Source: a virus | Lineage: Duplodnaviria; Caudoviricetes | Direction: 5' to 3' (one strand) | IMG/VR virus record: IMGVR_UViG_3300037067_027616 | Location: 96,001 to 160,000 of that record | DNA length: 64,000 nt | Shown here: in pieces, positions 9,225 to 19,248 of the stretch | How the letters are laid out: every line of letters starts with the position of its first letter | Position numbering within the stretch: the first letter of the stretch is position 1 | Translations under genes and position numbers: made by a program | The notes under the pieces: model-generated | Seen by the model: the letters and a program-made list of their open reading frames with translations, nothing else | Databases searched by the model: none | What the model was told of the DNA's origin: nothing

Positions 9225-9602
9225 TTATCGTTTGGGGTACTCGTATTTCACCTTGCGGATGCGCAGGAGGTTGGAGGCCTGTGGTTCTAGGGCTACATCA
9301 CCCGCTGCTCTGGTAGCCGCCTCGAAGGAGACATCCACCCCATCATCTTTGGGGGACATGGTGACCTTGACGCCCGCGGACTCACAGGTGACGGTGTTTG
9401 CCTGGATGTACCTGGGGATGAGTTTGTTTTCGGTCATGCACACCATGTCCAGGGTCGAGAACGGGGACGGGGTCTGCGTGTCCACATATTCCTTGAGGGC
9501 CTGTTCGCCGGCGCTTACGGACATCTCCAGGTCATGGATGTAGGACTGGGCCCATTTGGGGAGTTTTCCAAAGGCGGCCAAATCCGGTGTCCTGATAGTC
9601 AT
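9225..9602 (-). CDS. hypothetical protein
   Basis: KLPKWAQSYI start; ATGA overlap with the upstream gene. Confidence 0.7.
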   Translation of the reverse strand: MTIRTPDLAAFGKLPKWAQSYIHDLEMSVSAGEQALKEYVDTQTPSPFSTLDMVCMTENKLIPRYIQANTVTCESAGVKVTMSPKDDGVDVSFEAATRAAGDVALEPQASNLLRIRKVKYEYPKR

Positions 9603-10066
9603 AGGGTAGGTCCTTTCGGCAGCGTCAGCCGCCAGTTGATGTATGCGTCCAAGGTGGGGTGTATCCCCTGCAGTCTGAGCAGTTCATTGATAGGAAGTTT
9701 TACCAGGTCTTCGATAAAGTCGGCCTTTGGTTCACATTTGGTGATCTCCCATGTGCCGTCCTTATGCAGTGCGTACTCCTGTATAAGTCTGCCGTCCTCA
9801 CTGAAGGCTTTTTGAGTGTCCTCTTTCTCGGTGATTTTGCATGCGAGGGCCAGTATGGGTATGTCCTTGGCACTCACGCATCCGTATTTTGAGTATATAC
9901 CTTCCCACCCTGTACGGTTGGATATGGTAAGCCTATTATTTGAGGCTTGTTCTATGGCCCTTTTGGGCTGGATGGATGTACTCCACCCCTTCTCCTTGAG
10001 GATCCTGGCAAAGGTTTTGGTGTTCTCCATGTTTTTAAATAGTGATATCAAGTTTCTGAAGACCAT
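9599..10066 (-). CDS. hypothetical protein (paralog of 10137-10625)
   Basis: PKRAIEQASNNRLTI / GIHPTLDAYINWRL vs PKKALQEASGGRITV / GIHECLDEYINRRL. Confidence 0.75.
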   Translation of the reverse strand: MVFRNLISLFKNMENTKTFARILKEKGWSTSIQPKRAIEQASNNRLTISNRTGWEGIYSKYGCVSAKDIPILALACKITEKEDTQKAFSEDGRLIQEYALHKDGTWEITKCEPKADFIEDLVKLPINELLRLQGIHPTLDAYINWRLTLPKGPTL

Positions 10067-10136
10067 GGGGTACCTCCAGGTTACCGACCATGCGGGCCGT
10101 GTTTAGGTGAGGTTCTAGGGTAGGTACTCGGCTCTT

Positions 10137-10625
10137 TCACGGGGTTTCCTTCGCAGGCGCCGGGTCGGGGTCGGCGAGGCGCCTGTTTATGTACTCGTCC
10201 AGGCACTCGTGGATGCCCATCAGTGGTACCAAAGAAGTCACAGGCAGCCCCATGATGGCGTCTACCACCCCGGAGACATCGGTGGGCCTGTAGTCTATCA
10301 TGGTAGCCTTGCCTTTGGCGCTTACCTTGTAGTGCACCCGGAGACCTTGGTAGGAGTCTTCGGAGCGCAGATATAAAAAGTCGTCCTTTTTTCCGCCGGC
10401 TTTTATCACCCTGCAGATGAGGGGGAGGTCGGCTTCTGTGGCGTGGTGGTATTCGGCGTCCACCACGTGCCAATAATCCCTGCCATGCGCCTTCTTGACG
10501 GTGATACGTCCCCCTGAGGCTTCCTGGAGGGCCTTTTTGGGGTCTTTCGATTTGGACAGGCCGTCCTTTTTGAGTCCCTCGATGAAGGTGTACATATCTT
10601 CTCTCTTGAACCTGTCACCGTACAT
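10137..10625 (-). CDS. hypothetical protein (paralog of 9599-10066)
   Basis: motifs shared with 9599-10066; GGAGG SD. Confidence 0.75.
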   Translation of the reverse strand: MYGDRFKREDMYTFIEGLKKDGLSKSKDPKKALQEASGGRITVKKAHGRDYWHVVDAEYHHATEADLPLICRVIKAGGKKDDFLYLRSEDSYQGLRVHYKVSAKGKATMIDYRPTDVSGVVDAIMGLPVTSLVPLMGIHECLDEYINRRLADPDPAPAKETP

Positions 10626-10699
10626 GGTGTCCTCCTGTGTCCGGGGGTGCTAAGTATCTCCACGGTGATGTGCTTTTGTGGAGATACTTAGTGGGGGTT

Positions 10700-10945
10700 T
10701 TACCTTTCATCGGTGAGTATTTCGATTTGTCTTCGGACCTCCACGTAGGCGGGGTGTCTGGTGTAGAGCATCCTTGTTTCCCGGATACGTTTGAGGACCA
10801 TCTTCTGGCGGTCCATACGGTTGTCCAGTTCACTTACCACCCGTTTATAGGTGTTCAGTTCACGGTTCTTGCCTATGTCCTTGATCCAGATGATGAGGTT
10901 CACGATGGCCAGCAGGACAGTGAGTACGAGCAGGATGATGTTCAT
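10700..10945 (-). CDS. small membrane protein
   Basis: N-terminal TM helix IILLVLTVLLAIVNLIIWI. Confidence 0.65.
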   Translation of the reverse strand: MNIILLVLTVLLAIVNLIIWIKDIGKNRELNTYKRVVSELDNRMDRQKMVLKRIRETRMLYTRHPAYVEVRRQIEILTDER

Positions 10946-11165
10946 TCCTCCACCCCCACAGGTGCATCTTGGATCAGGACGACTTGTCCGTTCTCGAGCA
11001 GCAGGTCTGCTCCGGCGTCCACATCGCCGTCCCCTACCTTGGTCACTTCACCGATCGTGAAGAAATCGGCGTTGCCGTTCCCATCGCAGCCTTCGGTCAC
11101 CACGACCTTCTGGTCAAGCTGTTTTGCGGATAGCGTTGACAGGTACTTCTTCAGTTCACGGTATG

Positions 11166-11645
11166 TCATGCTGTGGCCCCCATTTCGTTGGCGATGGCTT
11201 CGATGCGGTCCCCGTACTTCATGGTCATGTACTTCTTGACGGCGGGGGTGTATATGGACTTCACGGTGCGCCAGGTGTCGGGCTTGTCGCCTTTGAGCCG
11301 GAACACGGTTTTGGTACGGCACCACCGGTGGATTTGTTCCTGTGCGCGGCGTTCGTTGTCCTTCTTGAGCCACTCACTGAACAGGTCGTCTATGACCATG
11401 TCGGTATCGCACGGGATGGTGTACCCTTGGTACACGTGGGGAGGCTGGGCCTTGCAGAAGGCCGTGAAGGCCTCCCACCGGGTGCCATTGGTGGTGAGGT
11501 TGAAGTCGTAGTTGTTGCTCCCGCCACAGCCTTGGTTGCTTACGCGGGCGAGGAGTCTGCCGTCCGTCCACACTTCCGCGGAGAAGCAGTTGGTCTCGTC
11601 GGACATGTCCTCATGGTACTTGACCTTACGGAGTTCGATGTTCAT
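11166..11645 (-). CDS. hypothetical phage protein
   Basis: SDETNCFSA..V.NQGCGG motif; tightly packed ORF. Confidence 0.7.
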   Translation of the reverse strand: MNIELRKVKYHEDMSDETNCFSAEVWTDGRLLARVSNQGCGGSNNYDFNLTTNGTRWEAFTAFCKAQPPHVYQGYTIPCDTDMVIDDLFSEWLKKDNERRAQEQIHRWCRTKTVFRLKGDKPDTWRTVKSIYTPAVKKYMTMKYGDRIEAIANEMGATA

Positions 11646-11648
11646 GGG

Positions 11649-12170
11649 TTATCCTATCTTTGAGAGGGGGACCCATTCCTTGGTTTTCTTCCCCCCGAAC
11701 AGCCGTCCGGAGAGGTACCGTTTCACGTCCTCGATGGGGACACTCTTGCGGCCGTAGCCAAAGTAGTGGTCTATCCACCGATCGGCACAGTACCCGCGCC
11801 ATTCCACGTCACAGGTCTTCTTGTTGACTTTGGTGACCACGTAGGGGGCGGAGCCGTCAGCGACGCCTATATGGAACAAGGCGCCCACGGCGACGGTTCT
11901 GGTGGGGAGGGTCGCGTCCAAGGCGATGGCCTTATCGTACTCGGCTTGGATGTACTTGTCGTATTCGCTTTCCCCGAAGGTTCCGAAGGGGATGTCCTTG
12001 AGGGCTGTCTCGGGGACGGCATGGGACACGGGACGGATGGCATCATCGACTACAGCGTATCCCATGGGAATGTGCTTGTAGATGTCCTTATTGAAGGTGG
12101 AGCGGTCGACGTAGATTCCGTAGTGGGTACCCCTGCTGTCTTTCCATTTGACATGATAACGAGTTTTCAT
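11649..12170 (-). CDS. hypothetical phage protein
   Basis: GVADGSAPYVV motif; AGGAG SD. Confidence 0.7.
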   Translation of the reverse strand: MKTRYHVKWKDSRGTHYGIYVDRSTFNKDIYKHIPMGYAVVDDAIRPVSHAVPETALKDIPFGTFGESEYDKYIQAEYDKAIALDATLPTRTVAVGALFHIGVADGSAPYVVTKVNKKTCDVEWRGYCADRWIDHYFGYGRKSVPIEDVKRYLSGRLFGGKKTKEWVPLSKIG

Positions 12171-12183
12171 TGTCTAGCTCCTT

Positions 12184-12573
12184 TCAGTCCCACACCTTGG
12201 TGGACACGCCGAGCATGATTGCGACTTCGGGGTACCCCTCCTGGGTGGTGCCCATGGCGTCCCCTACCAGTTCACAGAGTGCGCGGTCGTACTCGTTGTT
12301 CTCGTCGCCGTCTTCGGACTTGAGGGCTTTGGCGCATTCGATCAAGTTCCTGAAGGTGATGTTGCCCCGGGGCACCTTGGTGGCTACGGGTTCGAAGGCC
12401 ACTTCGAACACGCACCAGCCGGAGGCGTCGGACAGGATGTCTGCGGCGCGCGCATCGGCGTCCTCTGCATCGTCGGCCTCGAACACCCACCCCTTGTACT
12501 TTTTGGCGAGGTTGGCGGCGAGTTTCTTGTTGCTGTCCGTGTCGAACTTGACCTTGGTGACCTTGAACTTCAT
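12184..12573 (-). CDS. hypothetical protein
   Basis: MKFKVTKVKFD.. ILSDASGWCV. Confidence 0.65.
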   Translation of the reverse strand: MKFKVTKVKFDTDSNKKLAANLAKKYKGWVFEADDAEDADARAADILSDASGWCVFEVAFEPVATKVPRGNITFRNLIECAKALKSEDGDENNEYDRALCELVGDAMGTTQEGYPEVAIMLGVSTKVWD

Positions 12574-12829
12574 GACTGCCCCCTTTCGATTTCCCACCAT
12601 CCAGTGAATCCCCGGTCCTCGTCTTCCCACAGGAGTTGACCCGAGGTATACCCCTGCACGATCATTTCCTTTATGTGTTCCTCGGCATGCTCCATGAGGA
12701 TGTCCACCATGTCCTCGAGGGGACCTCCCCACCACCGGACGGCGACCTTGTGGGCACATACCTCGATGGTACCTTCGTGACTGCTTACATCCCTGAGTTC
12801 CGTGGCCATTGACCCTCCCTTTCTTGAGT

Positions 12830-12858
12830 AATATACTAAAATAAAACACGTTTGTCAA
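12830..12858 (-). promoter_or_regulatory. sigma70-type promoter
   Basis: TTGACA-N17-TATATT. Confidence 0.85.
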
Positions 12859-12871
12859 CAGGTTTCTTGTG

Positions 12872-13315
12872 TCATGGGAAAACTTGCATGAGATACGTGC
12901 AGTACCCCTTGCCTTTTAAGGTCACCGGGAGGTTGAGTATCACGTTTCTTTGAAAGGTACCCCTCCCCTTTACCGTAGAGGCCTTCAAATCCCTGCGTAC
13001 GGTCAGGTAGGCCCTACCCCCAGGCGCCAGGAGGCCCTGGATGTCACCGAGGATATAGGGTACATCTTTGGGGTCTACGACGTTGAGGACGTAGGTGCAG
13101 GTGACGGTGTCGTACTCCCCTTCCGGTCTGTGTGGGCAAAAGTGGGTGTCATACTTGTCCATCCCATAGGTTTCGGCGTCTTTGCCGTATCCGCACCCGT
13201 AGTCGAGCATCCTTCCCAGGAGCAGGCCGGCCTTTTTCAATGAGCGGGCGGGCGCCGAGGGGGTTACCCTGTGGATAGCCGTCAGGTACGAGGATGTAGG
13301 GTAGGTCTTTGCCAT
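12872..13315 (-). CDS. class I SAM-dependent methyltransferase
   Basis: MLDYGCGYGKD motif I; YDTVTCTYVLNVV; LAPGGRAYL. Confidence 0.85.
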   Translation of the reverse strand: MAKTYPTSSYLTAIHRVTPSAPARSLKKAGLLLGRMLDYGCGYGKDAETYGMDKYDTHFCPHRPEGEYDTVTCTYVLNVVDPKDVPYILGDIQGLLAPGGRAYLTVRRDLKASTVKGRGTFQRNVILNLPVTLKGKGYCTYLMQVFP

Positions 13316-13409
13316 GGGGTACCTCTCCTTGTGAGCGAGCTGCGGCGCCTGTTATGGTCCTGGTGGTGAGGGGGATACCCCCTGTGTTTCCTTCCATACA
13401 GGTGCAAGG

Positions 13410-13447
13410 AAAACAAAAGACCCCGGGGGATACTGTCCCCCGGGGTC
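13410..13447 (-). terminator. intrinsic terminator
   Basis: GACCCCGGGGGA/TCCCCCGGGGTC stem plus T-tract on the minus strand. Confidence 0.75.
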
Positions 13448-13473
13448 CTCCCCTGACTGGTAGCTGAAGGAAG

Positions 13474-13674
13474 CTACCGTCTGACGACCAGGCCCTGCTT
13501 GTCTGCGACCTCGTTGACGCACTGCACGGACACCTTCAGCTTGCGGGCGATGTCTGACTGTGACATCTTGCCCGTTTTGTAGTACTTCTTCAGGAAGTAG
13601 CTGGCCGCCTTTGAGCGACTCATCCGTCGGGTGCGATACGAGACTACCTTCTCGCGGATCGTGACGAGTTTCAT
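13474..13674 (-). CDS. small HTH DNA-binding protein
   Basis: MSQSDIARKLKVSVQCVNEV; has its own promoter and terminator. Confidence 0.75.
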   Translation of the reverse strand: MKLVTIREKVVSYRTRRMSRSKAASYFLKKYYKTGKMSQSDIARKLKVSVQCVNEVADKQGLVVRR

Positions 13675-13731
13675 GCATTTCCTCCTTCTTTAAGGTTTTA
13701 TGCCTGTTCACCATCTTCACGCGTCCCACCT

Positions 13732-13760
13732 AATATACACTATTCAAACGCGATTGTCAA
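13732..13760 (-). promoter_or_regulatory. sigma70-type promoter
   Basis: TTGACA-N17-TATATT. Confidence 0.85.
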
Positions 13761-13819
13761 GTAAAATCCTTCCATCTAGATGGACGGAAACCTTTAGTCT
13801 CCTTAGTTTGGGTTCTTGT

Positions 13820-15016
13820 TCAAATGACGTCCTCCTTTGTTTGAGGTACTTTGAGTAGCATTTTGAAGTCCTTGTCGAGGACGTTGTCCGTGCATTTCTC
13901 CACGTTAAACGCGTCTTTTTCCGTGATGCCTATATCGTTCTTGCTCCAGACCCCTTCGCGGTCATCGAACAGTTTGCCGTAGTCCATGAGGTCGTGGTGT
14001 TCGAGGACGTACCGGGCGATTTCCTTCATGTTGGACATGCGTTGCAGGGCGGGGTGTACATTGGTGTCATAGGTATGAGTGTACCTTCTTATGTAGCGGT
14101 TTTCCTCGGATTCCTCGATGAGGAGTATGGGCGCCGAAGTGAGCATATCTCTTATGGCCCTCACCAGGATATCTTTACGGTACTCCTTCTCCCCGCCATG
14201 GCGTTCCACGGAGGTCTCGAGTTTCTCGCACGCCACCATGTACGTTTTGATGCTTTCGATGGCGAGCCGGCACTGTTTCTGCACGCCTTCGATGGTGGAG
14301 GGCAGTGGGTTGAAAGCCCCTACGTTCGTGAGGGTCACCGTAAGTTCCTTGTTATCACTCCATCCGGGCAGGCCGGCGTCCTTGACCGCCAGTGTATCGT
14401 ACATTTTGGAGGTGTAGATCTCGGCGGCGTTACGGAGGAAGTACTTGGGTAGTTCTTCGTACAGGCTTTTCCGTATGCACCACATGGGGGCTGCGCATTT
14501 ATCCCACGAGCGTGGGTTGCCATCGGGGTTGCTGTGTCGTTTTTTGTCTTCTCCCATGAACAGATATGACTCACGGTTCGCCCAAGCATGGGCCAAGGTA
14601 CCGATGGACTTCTCATCTTCGATTTTTATCCACCCCACGTCCTGCACGGTAAAATCCAAGGTGCCGTCCATAAGATTATCAAGATGGGTCCGCACCAGGG
14701 CCTCACCGTATGCCTCTGCTCCTTTGGTGTACTCGGGCAGATACGCATCGAGGGTCACCGACCAGTACATGTTTTCCGAGCGGTCGTAGTACGAATCTTT
14801 TTTGGGTTTCTCTGCCGCCCGGCACACGTGGTTTCCCAAGTCTCGTATGGCCTTACCCTGTCGTCCGCGGTTGCTCTCGATATTGTGTACGTTCACGTAT
14901 TTGGGGTTTTTGCACAGGAGGGCCTGGAGCACCTTGTGGTGCAAGCGAAGGCGGAGTTCCTCGACCCGTTGTTCCTGGGTCTGGGAGCTCGCAAGGACAC
15001 CGTGACGTAGTGACAT
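13820..15016 (-). CDS. hypothetical protein (398 aa)
   Basis: long ORF with GAGG SD. Confidence 0.8.
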   Translation of the reverse strand: MSLRHGVLASSQTQEQRVEELRLRLHHKVLQALLCKNPKYVNVHNIESNRGRQGKAIRDLGNHVCRAAEKPKKDSYYDRSENMYWSVTLDAYLPEYTKGAEAYGEALVRTHLDNLMDGTLDFTVQDVGWIKIEDEKSIGTLAHAWANRESYLFMGEDKKRHSNPDGNPRSWDKCAAPMWCIRKSLYEELPKYFLRNAAEIYTSKMYDTLAVKDAGLPGWSDNKELTVTLTNVGAFNPLPSTIEGVQKQCRLAIESIKTYMVACEKLETSVERHGGEKEYRKDILVRAIRDMLTSAPILLIEESEENRYIRRYTHTYDTNVHPALQRMSNMKEIARYVLEHHDLMDYGKLFDDREGVWSKNDIGITEKDAFNVEKCTDNVLDKDFKMLLKVPQTKEDVI

Positions 15017-15031
15017 GTGTGCCTCCTCTTT

Positions 15032-15262
15032 TTACAGGGTGACTTCCGCCAAGTCAAACTCGTGCCCGCAGGTTTCGCAGCGGCACTTCTCGTCCTCGGT
15101 GGATTGGTCTTCGAGGTCCTCGGGGGCATCCACCTCGAACCCATCCTTGTGGAGGGTGGAGTTCATGAGGATGGTTTCTCCGGTGGCCACGAGGGTGACC
15201 TTGATCACCTTGATGGTATCGCGGCCGCATTTGGGACAGGTGTCCTTGAATGACTCGAACAT
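15032..15262 (-). CDS. small zinc-ribbon protein
   Basis: CPKC...CETC; GGAGG SD. Confidence 0.6.
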   Translation of the reverse strand: MFESFKDTCPKCGRDTIKVIKVTLVATGETILMNSTLHKDGFEVDAPEDLEDQSTEDEKCRCETCGHEFDLAEVTL

Positions 15263-15516
15263 GGTCACGCCTCCCTTTGCGAGGGTTTTGAGTTCTTGGA
15301 TAGAGTGTATCACGGGGGATCCACTCGGGCTACACACTCCCGGGATGTACCCGTACCGTGCCAGGACTTTGTTCAGAAGACGTTGGACTTTGGCGTAGCA
15401 ACAGGTACCCACCAAGGCGATACCGTTCCCATGGGCGTCCCGGAACTCATACAGTCCACTCTTCCCGGTTGTATCAACCCCACAAAAGCCACAGTCACGT
15501 CGTATGTCTTCCATGG

Positions 15517-15684
15517 TCAGTCTACCTCCTCGGCGTCTGCAACCCGGAAGCTGCTGGGCCAATTCTCTTCTCCCACACGATCGACGGCCTTGTCTTCGGC
15601 TTCATCTTCGTTGGCGGCTTCGACGGTGATGGAGCGGGTCTCGTCGGAGTTATTGTCATAGAAAAACACACGGTATTTTGACAT
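15517..15684 (-). CDS. small hypothetical protein (V-E-A-x-x-x-x-E-A family)
   Basis: TVEAANEDEAEDKA. Confidence 0.6.
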   Translation of the reverse strand: MSKYRVFFYDNNSDETRSITVEAANEDEAEDKAVDRVGEENWPSSFRVADAEEVD

Positions 15685-15880
15685 GGTCAATCTTCCTTTC
15701 GTCCTAACCGGCAGCTTGAATGGCATCGGCAAAATCATCCTCCGCCTTCTCCGCATCCTTATCACTGATCTTAACCGTGGTGAAACTCGAATGAAATCCG
15801 CCCGTTTCCACCCCGTTGTTCAAGTAAACAACCCGTATCTCGTCCACCTCGAAAGCACCCTTATTCAGACCGGACATGAT

Positions 15881-16957
15881 TCAGTCCTCCTCTGCTTTGT
15901 ATTTGAGCTGGGTCATCAAGCACTCTGCCACATCGATGTCATCCCGTGGCTCCTTGTACTGTGGCTGGTAGAGCGAGCCTCCCATGTAGGCGTACAGGTA
16001 CCGTATCTCCACCACCGCACCGACCTTGGGTACATCCTTGTTCGGGGTGATGGTCACGTTGCCGACCGATACCCGCTTGCCCGCACCATCGATCAACTCC
16101 AACCCTACCGATCGCTTCCCCTCCCTGCCCGCAGCCACGATGCAGGATGCCTCGGCGTAAAACTTGAGTTTTACCATGTCCCCACCAGTACTCGGACGAC
16201 CGGGGGTGAACTTGGCAGACAGCTTCTTAAAGACGATGCCTTCCTTCTTCTCTGCCCGCAGCCTGTCATACAGGGCCTTTTTAGCCACATACCCGGTGAC
16301 GAGGGGGACGAGCTTCACAGATCCCTTTGAATCCTTGAGCATCCCCTCCAGATACTTGTAGCGTTCCCCGTACCCAAGGAGCCGAAGATCCTTGGTATCA
16401 TACTCCAACAGGTCAAACACATGGTAGGAGTCCCCGATGGCCTCTCCATCATACAAACCCACCTGGGGGAGTCCATCAGCGTAGGCCGTAGGATAGCCTA
16501 TCTCGATACCCTTTTTGTTGGTGGCAGTGATGGTGCTGGCAGTTTTGTGGATCATTTGGTGCTTGCCGTCTTTTTTCTCTTGGGCACCCCAAGAGTCGTC
16601 CCGGAGGTAACGCTCCACCTCGTCCTCACCGATGGGGTTGAGGAGTTGGGGGATGACCCGGTCCGCCAGGGGCGTAGTAGGCTTTGCCGCTGCGGAGGTA
16701 TAGTCCCCTCCCGTAGAGGCTCCCACGGTGTAGCCCTCGCTGGTCTTCTCGGCGACGATCTTGTTGAAGACCTTGCGGGCGGCCTCCAGGGAGACGGGCG
16801 CCTTGGTCTTGCACCCAGGATTTAGGGTAGAACCTCGGCGTCCGTACTGGAAGTTGACCAGGTAGCCTCCGTTATCCTCGACGAGCTGGAGGTGGTATTC
16901 TTTATCACTGGAGCCGGACTTGAAGAACAAGTCTGCGGAGTCTATGGTCTTGGACAT
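15881..16957 (-). CDS. ATP-dependent DNA ligase with N-terminal WGR-like domain
   Basis: SSDKEY..YGRRG..K..EGY (WGR); QEKKDG, YDGE, VFDLL, EGIVFK, KLK ligase motifs; C-terminal OB fold (VVEIRY...PRDD). Confidence 0.9.
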   Translation of the reverse strand: MSKTIDSADLFFKSGSSDKEYHLQLVEDNGGYLVNFQYGRRGSTLNPGCKTKAPVSLEAARKVFNKIVAEKTSEGYTVGASTGGDYTSAAAKPTTPLADRVIPQLLNPIGEDEVERYLRDDSWGAQEKKDGKHQMIHKTASTITATNKKGIEIGYPTAYADGLPQVGLYDGEAIGDSYHVFDLLEYDTKDLRLLGYGERYKYLEGMLKDSKGSVKLVPLVTGYVAKKALYDRLRAEKKEGIVFKKLSAKFTPGRPSTGGDMVKLKFYAEASCIVAAGREGKRSVGLELIDGAGKRVSVGNVTITPNKDVPKVGAVVEIRYLYAYMGGSLYQPQYKEPRDDIDVAECLMTQLKYKAEED

Positions 16958-17721
16958 GGTTCAGTCCTCCTATATGGTACGCTCGAAGCACCCGGCGCTG
17001 TCGTAGGCTACGAGTGTGTCGTATGGGATAGTCCCTTTGATGGCTTTGAGGGCCTTGGCCAGCAGGGCATCCCTGTTTGTCTTGCTCCCGAATTCATCCC
17101 CTTGGAGCACTTCGACGCAACGCTCGGCCTTTTTCTTGTTCGGGGTTAGGAGCACCACATCGGCGATGAGTTCTTGGTCTCCGATGTTCACTGAGGTTAC
17201 CACCACCCACATGCGTTTGGTCTTGGACATGATTCAGATCTCCTTATTATTCCGCGAGGTCCACGCGGGTGGTCTTACCCTTCTCATCGGTGACATCGAA
17301 TACCCCGTCCGACTCCCGCTGCATCTTTGCGGCGAATTCGGCGGCCTCCTGGGGGGAGGTGGCGTCAATGTCGATTTCCCATACCACGCGATACTCTTTC
17401 AGTTTCTTGGGGAGGGTCTTCCCTACCATACCGTTTCTGGACATGATCAGTCCTCCTGTTCAAGTTCGAGGTCGATGTACCGACTCACCGTGTCCCGCAC
17501 CACCGCAGCGAGCAGGTCATGGTTCACGTACCGATACTCAGGCTTCTCCAGAAACTCACCGATGATACGGCGCGAAGCGTTCTCCAACGATACCGGGTTG
17601 TCGTCCTTGTCCTGCTTCTTGAAGCACGAGTCACACAGGCGTGCTTCCGGGTCTGCATCTTCTTCCACGTGAGGGATGGCGATACCACATCCCTCACAGT
17701 GGTCTTGGTTTTCGTATGCCA

Positions 17722-18483
17722 TTATGCCGCCTTCCGGGCCTTACGGGCGTTCTGGATGTGCTTGGTTGAACCTTTCTGCTTCTTGTTCTTCATGATCGTG
17801 TCGTACTTCATGGGCCGGTTGCCGGTGGCCACGAGGAACTTCTGCATGGCCTTGGCGTAGCAGTCGGGGCAGGAGTAAGGACACACCCCTGAGGTGGACA
17901 GGTTCAGAGACTTGATTTCCGCACCCTTGGCACCGTTCAGGGTGGCACACAGCCCACACCCCAGACACCCCAGACCCTTACGGTCACAGATGTACAACCC
18001 CGCTGCCGTGTGTGCGTCCACATACTTCTCAAGGACCTTGAGGGCCTTGCCGTGGAGCCGGAACCGGGCACACTCCAATTTGTAGTCCTTGGGGTCGGCG
18101 TACTTCTCCATGACGGCGCGGCTGTTGAACCGCTGCATGGTGACCACCACCGGAGCCACAGAGAGCATGTCTTCCACGGCCTGGGCTATGTCGTGCCGAT
18201 CGGGGAGCCATTTCACCCGGAAGAAGGACACGCGGCCCCTGACAGCCCGCTGCCGTGACCGCTCGACAAGCGAGGGTACCACGTCAAGATCGGGGTTGAC
18301 GGTGATCACGGCCTTGTACAGGTGGTCGTCCAACTCCGGCAGACGCGGGGTGCGGGCGTTGCTGTTGACGAAGAACCGACAGTCGGGGTTGTCCGCCGCG
18401 AACTTGTCCAACTGCGCGAACTCTTTGTCCGTGCAGTTGAAGTTATTGCTCGTCGCCACCCTCACCACTTCTTTTATCTGCAT
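17722..18483 (-). CDS. Cys-cluster protein, possibly a permuted Gp88/radical-SAM-like Fe-S protein
   Basis: CDRKGLGCLGCGLC and C-terminal CPYSCPDCYAK (CxxxCxxC). Confidence 0.55.
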   Translation of the reverse strand: MQIKEVVRVATSNNFNCTDKEFAQLDKFAADNPDCRFFVNSNARTPRLPELDDHLYKAVITVNPDLDVVPSLVERSRQRAVRGRVSFFRVKWLPDRHDIAQAVEDMLSVAPVVVTMQRFNSRAVMEKYADPKDYKLECARFRLHGKALKVLEKYVDAHTAAGLYICDRKGLGCLGCGLCATLNGAKGAEIKSLNLSTSGVCPYSCPDCYAKAMQKFLVATGNRPMKYDTIMKNKKQKGSTKHIQNARKARKAA

Positions 18484-18520
18484 GTCGTCCCCCTCTTGGG
18501 TTTCAGGTTTCATACAAAGG

Positions 18521-18549
18521 AATATACTAAAAGAATATACCTTTGTCAA
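18521..18549 (-). promoter_or_regulatory. sigma70-type promoter
   Basis: TTGACA-N17-TATATT. Confidence 0.85.
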
Positions 18550-18558
18550 CACCTTTCT

Positions 18559-19176
18559 TTATTTTCCTGAAGAAAGTTTTTCCTTGACCAGATCATCGCA
18601 GTACTCAAACTTGTCCACCAAAGCGGGGAGGTCCCTCAACTTCGCACGTTCAACGACCATCCGTTCGAGGAAATAACCGTGAGTCTCCCATTGGTAATCA
18701 CCCTTGTAATCATCATCTATGATGTACTGCTTCCTGAAGTATTTGTAGTCGGTATCCTTGATGTCCGATACCGCGTCCTTGAATTCCTCCTCATACTTCA
18801 TGAGGTAGTCGATTTCTTCCATCGCTTCATCGAGTACCTTGGAGCCATCTTGGAAAGCCAGATTTCCATAGAGGTCATTACCGGGCTCCTCATACCGCAC
18901 CTCTATTAAAAGTTTCGGGTACTCCGTGGAGAGTGTCCTAAAATCCTTCTCCGGGGGACTCCACTTGGAAGTTATCATCAGTTCGAGGGGACCGCCCACG
19001 CCCAGGGGAAGATCGGACTCGAGGCCATACGCTACACCCTTGTGTGAACAACTCTCAAGGCACCCACAAAAGGTGTCTACGAGTTTCGGATCCTGCTCGT
19101 TGATCCTCTTGCGCAGTTTCTTGAGGGACACCTTGTCACCGGAGATGGTGACATAGTTCGCACAGATGTTAGCCAT
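18559..19176 (-). CDS. DUF1281/YubB-like ferredoxin-fold protein
   Basis: MANICANYVTISG ... SKWSPP ... YPKL....YEEPG signature. Confidence 0.65.
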   Translation of the reverse strand: MANICANYVTISGDKVSLKKLRKRINEQDPKLVDTFCGCLESCSHKGVAYGLESDLPLGVGGPLELMITSKWSPPEKDFRTLSTEYPKLLIEVRYEEPGNDLYGNLAFQDGSKVLDEAMEEIDYLMKYEEEFKDAVSDIKDTDYKYFRKQYIIDDDYKGDYQWETHGYFLERMVVERAKLRDLPALVDKFEYCDDLVKEKLSSGK

Positions 19177-19248
19177 GTGTCATCTCCTTTTCTGTACCTC
19201 GTTTTGAGTAACACTTATTACCTTATATGATAATAAGTGTTACCCAAA

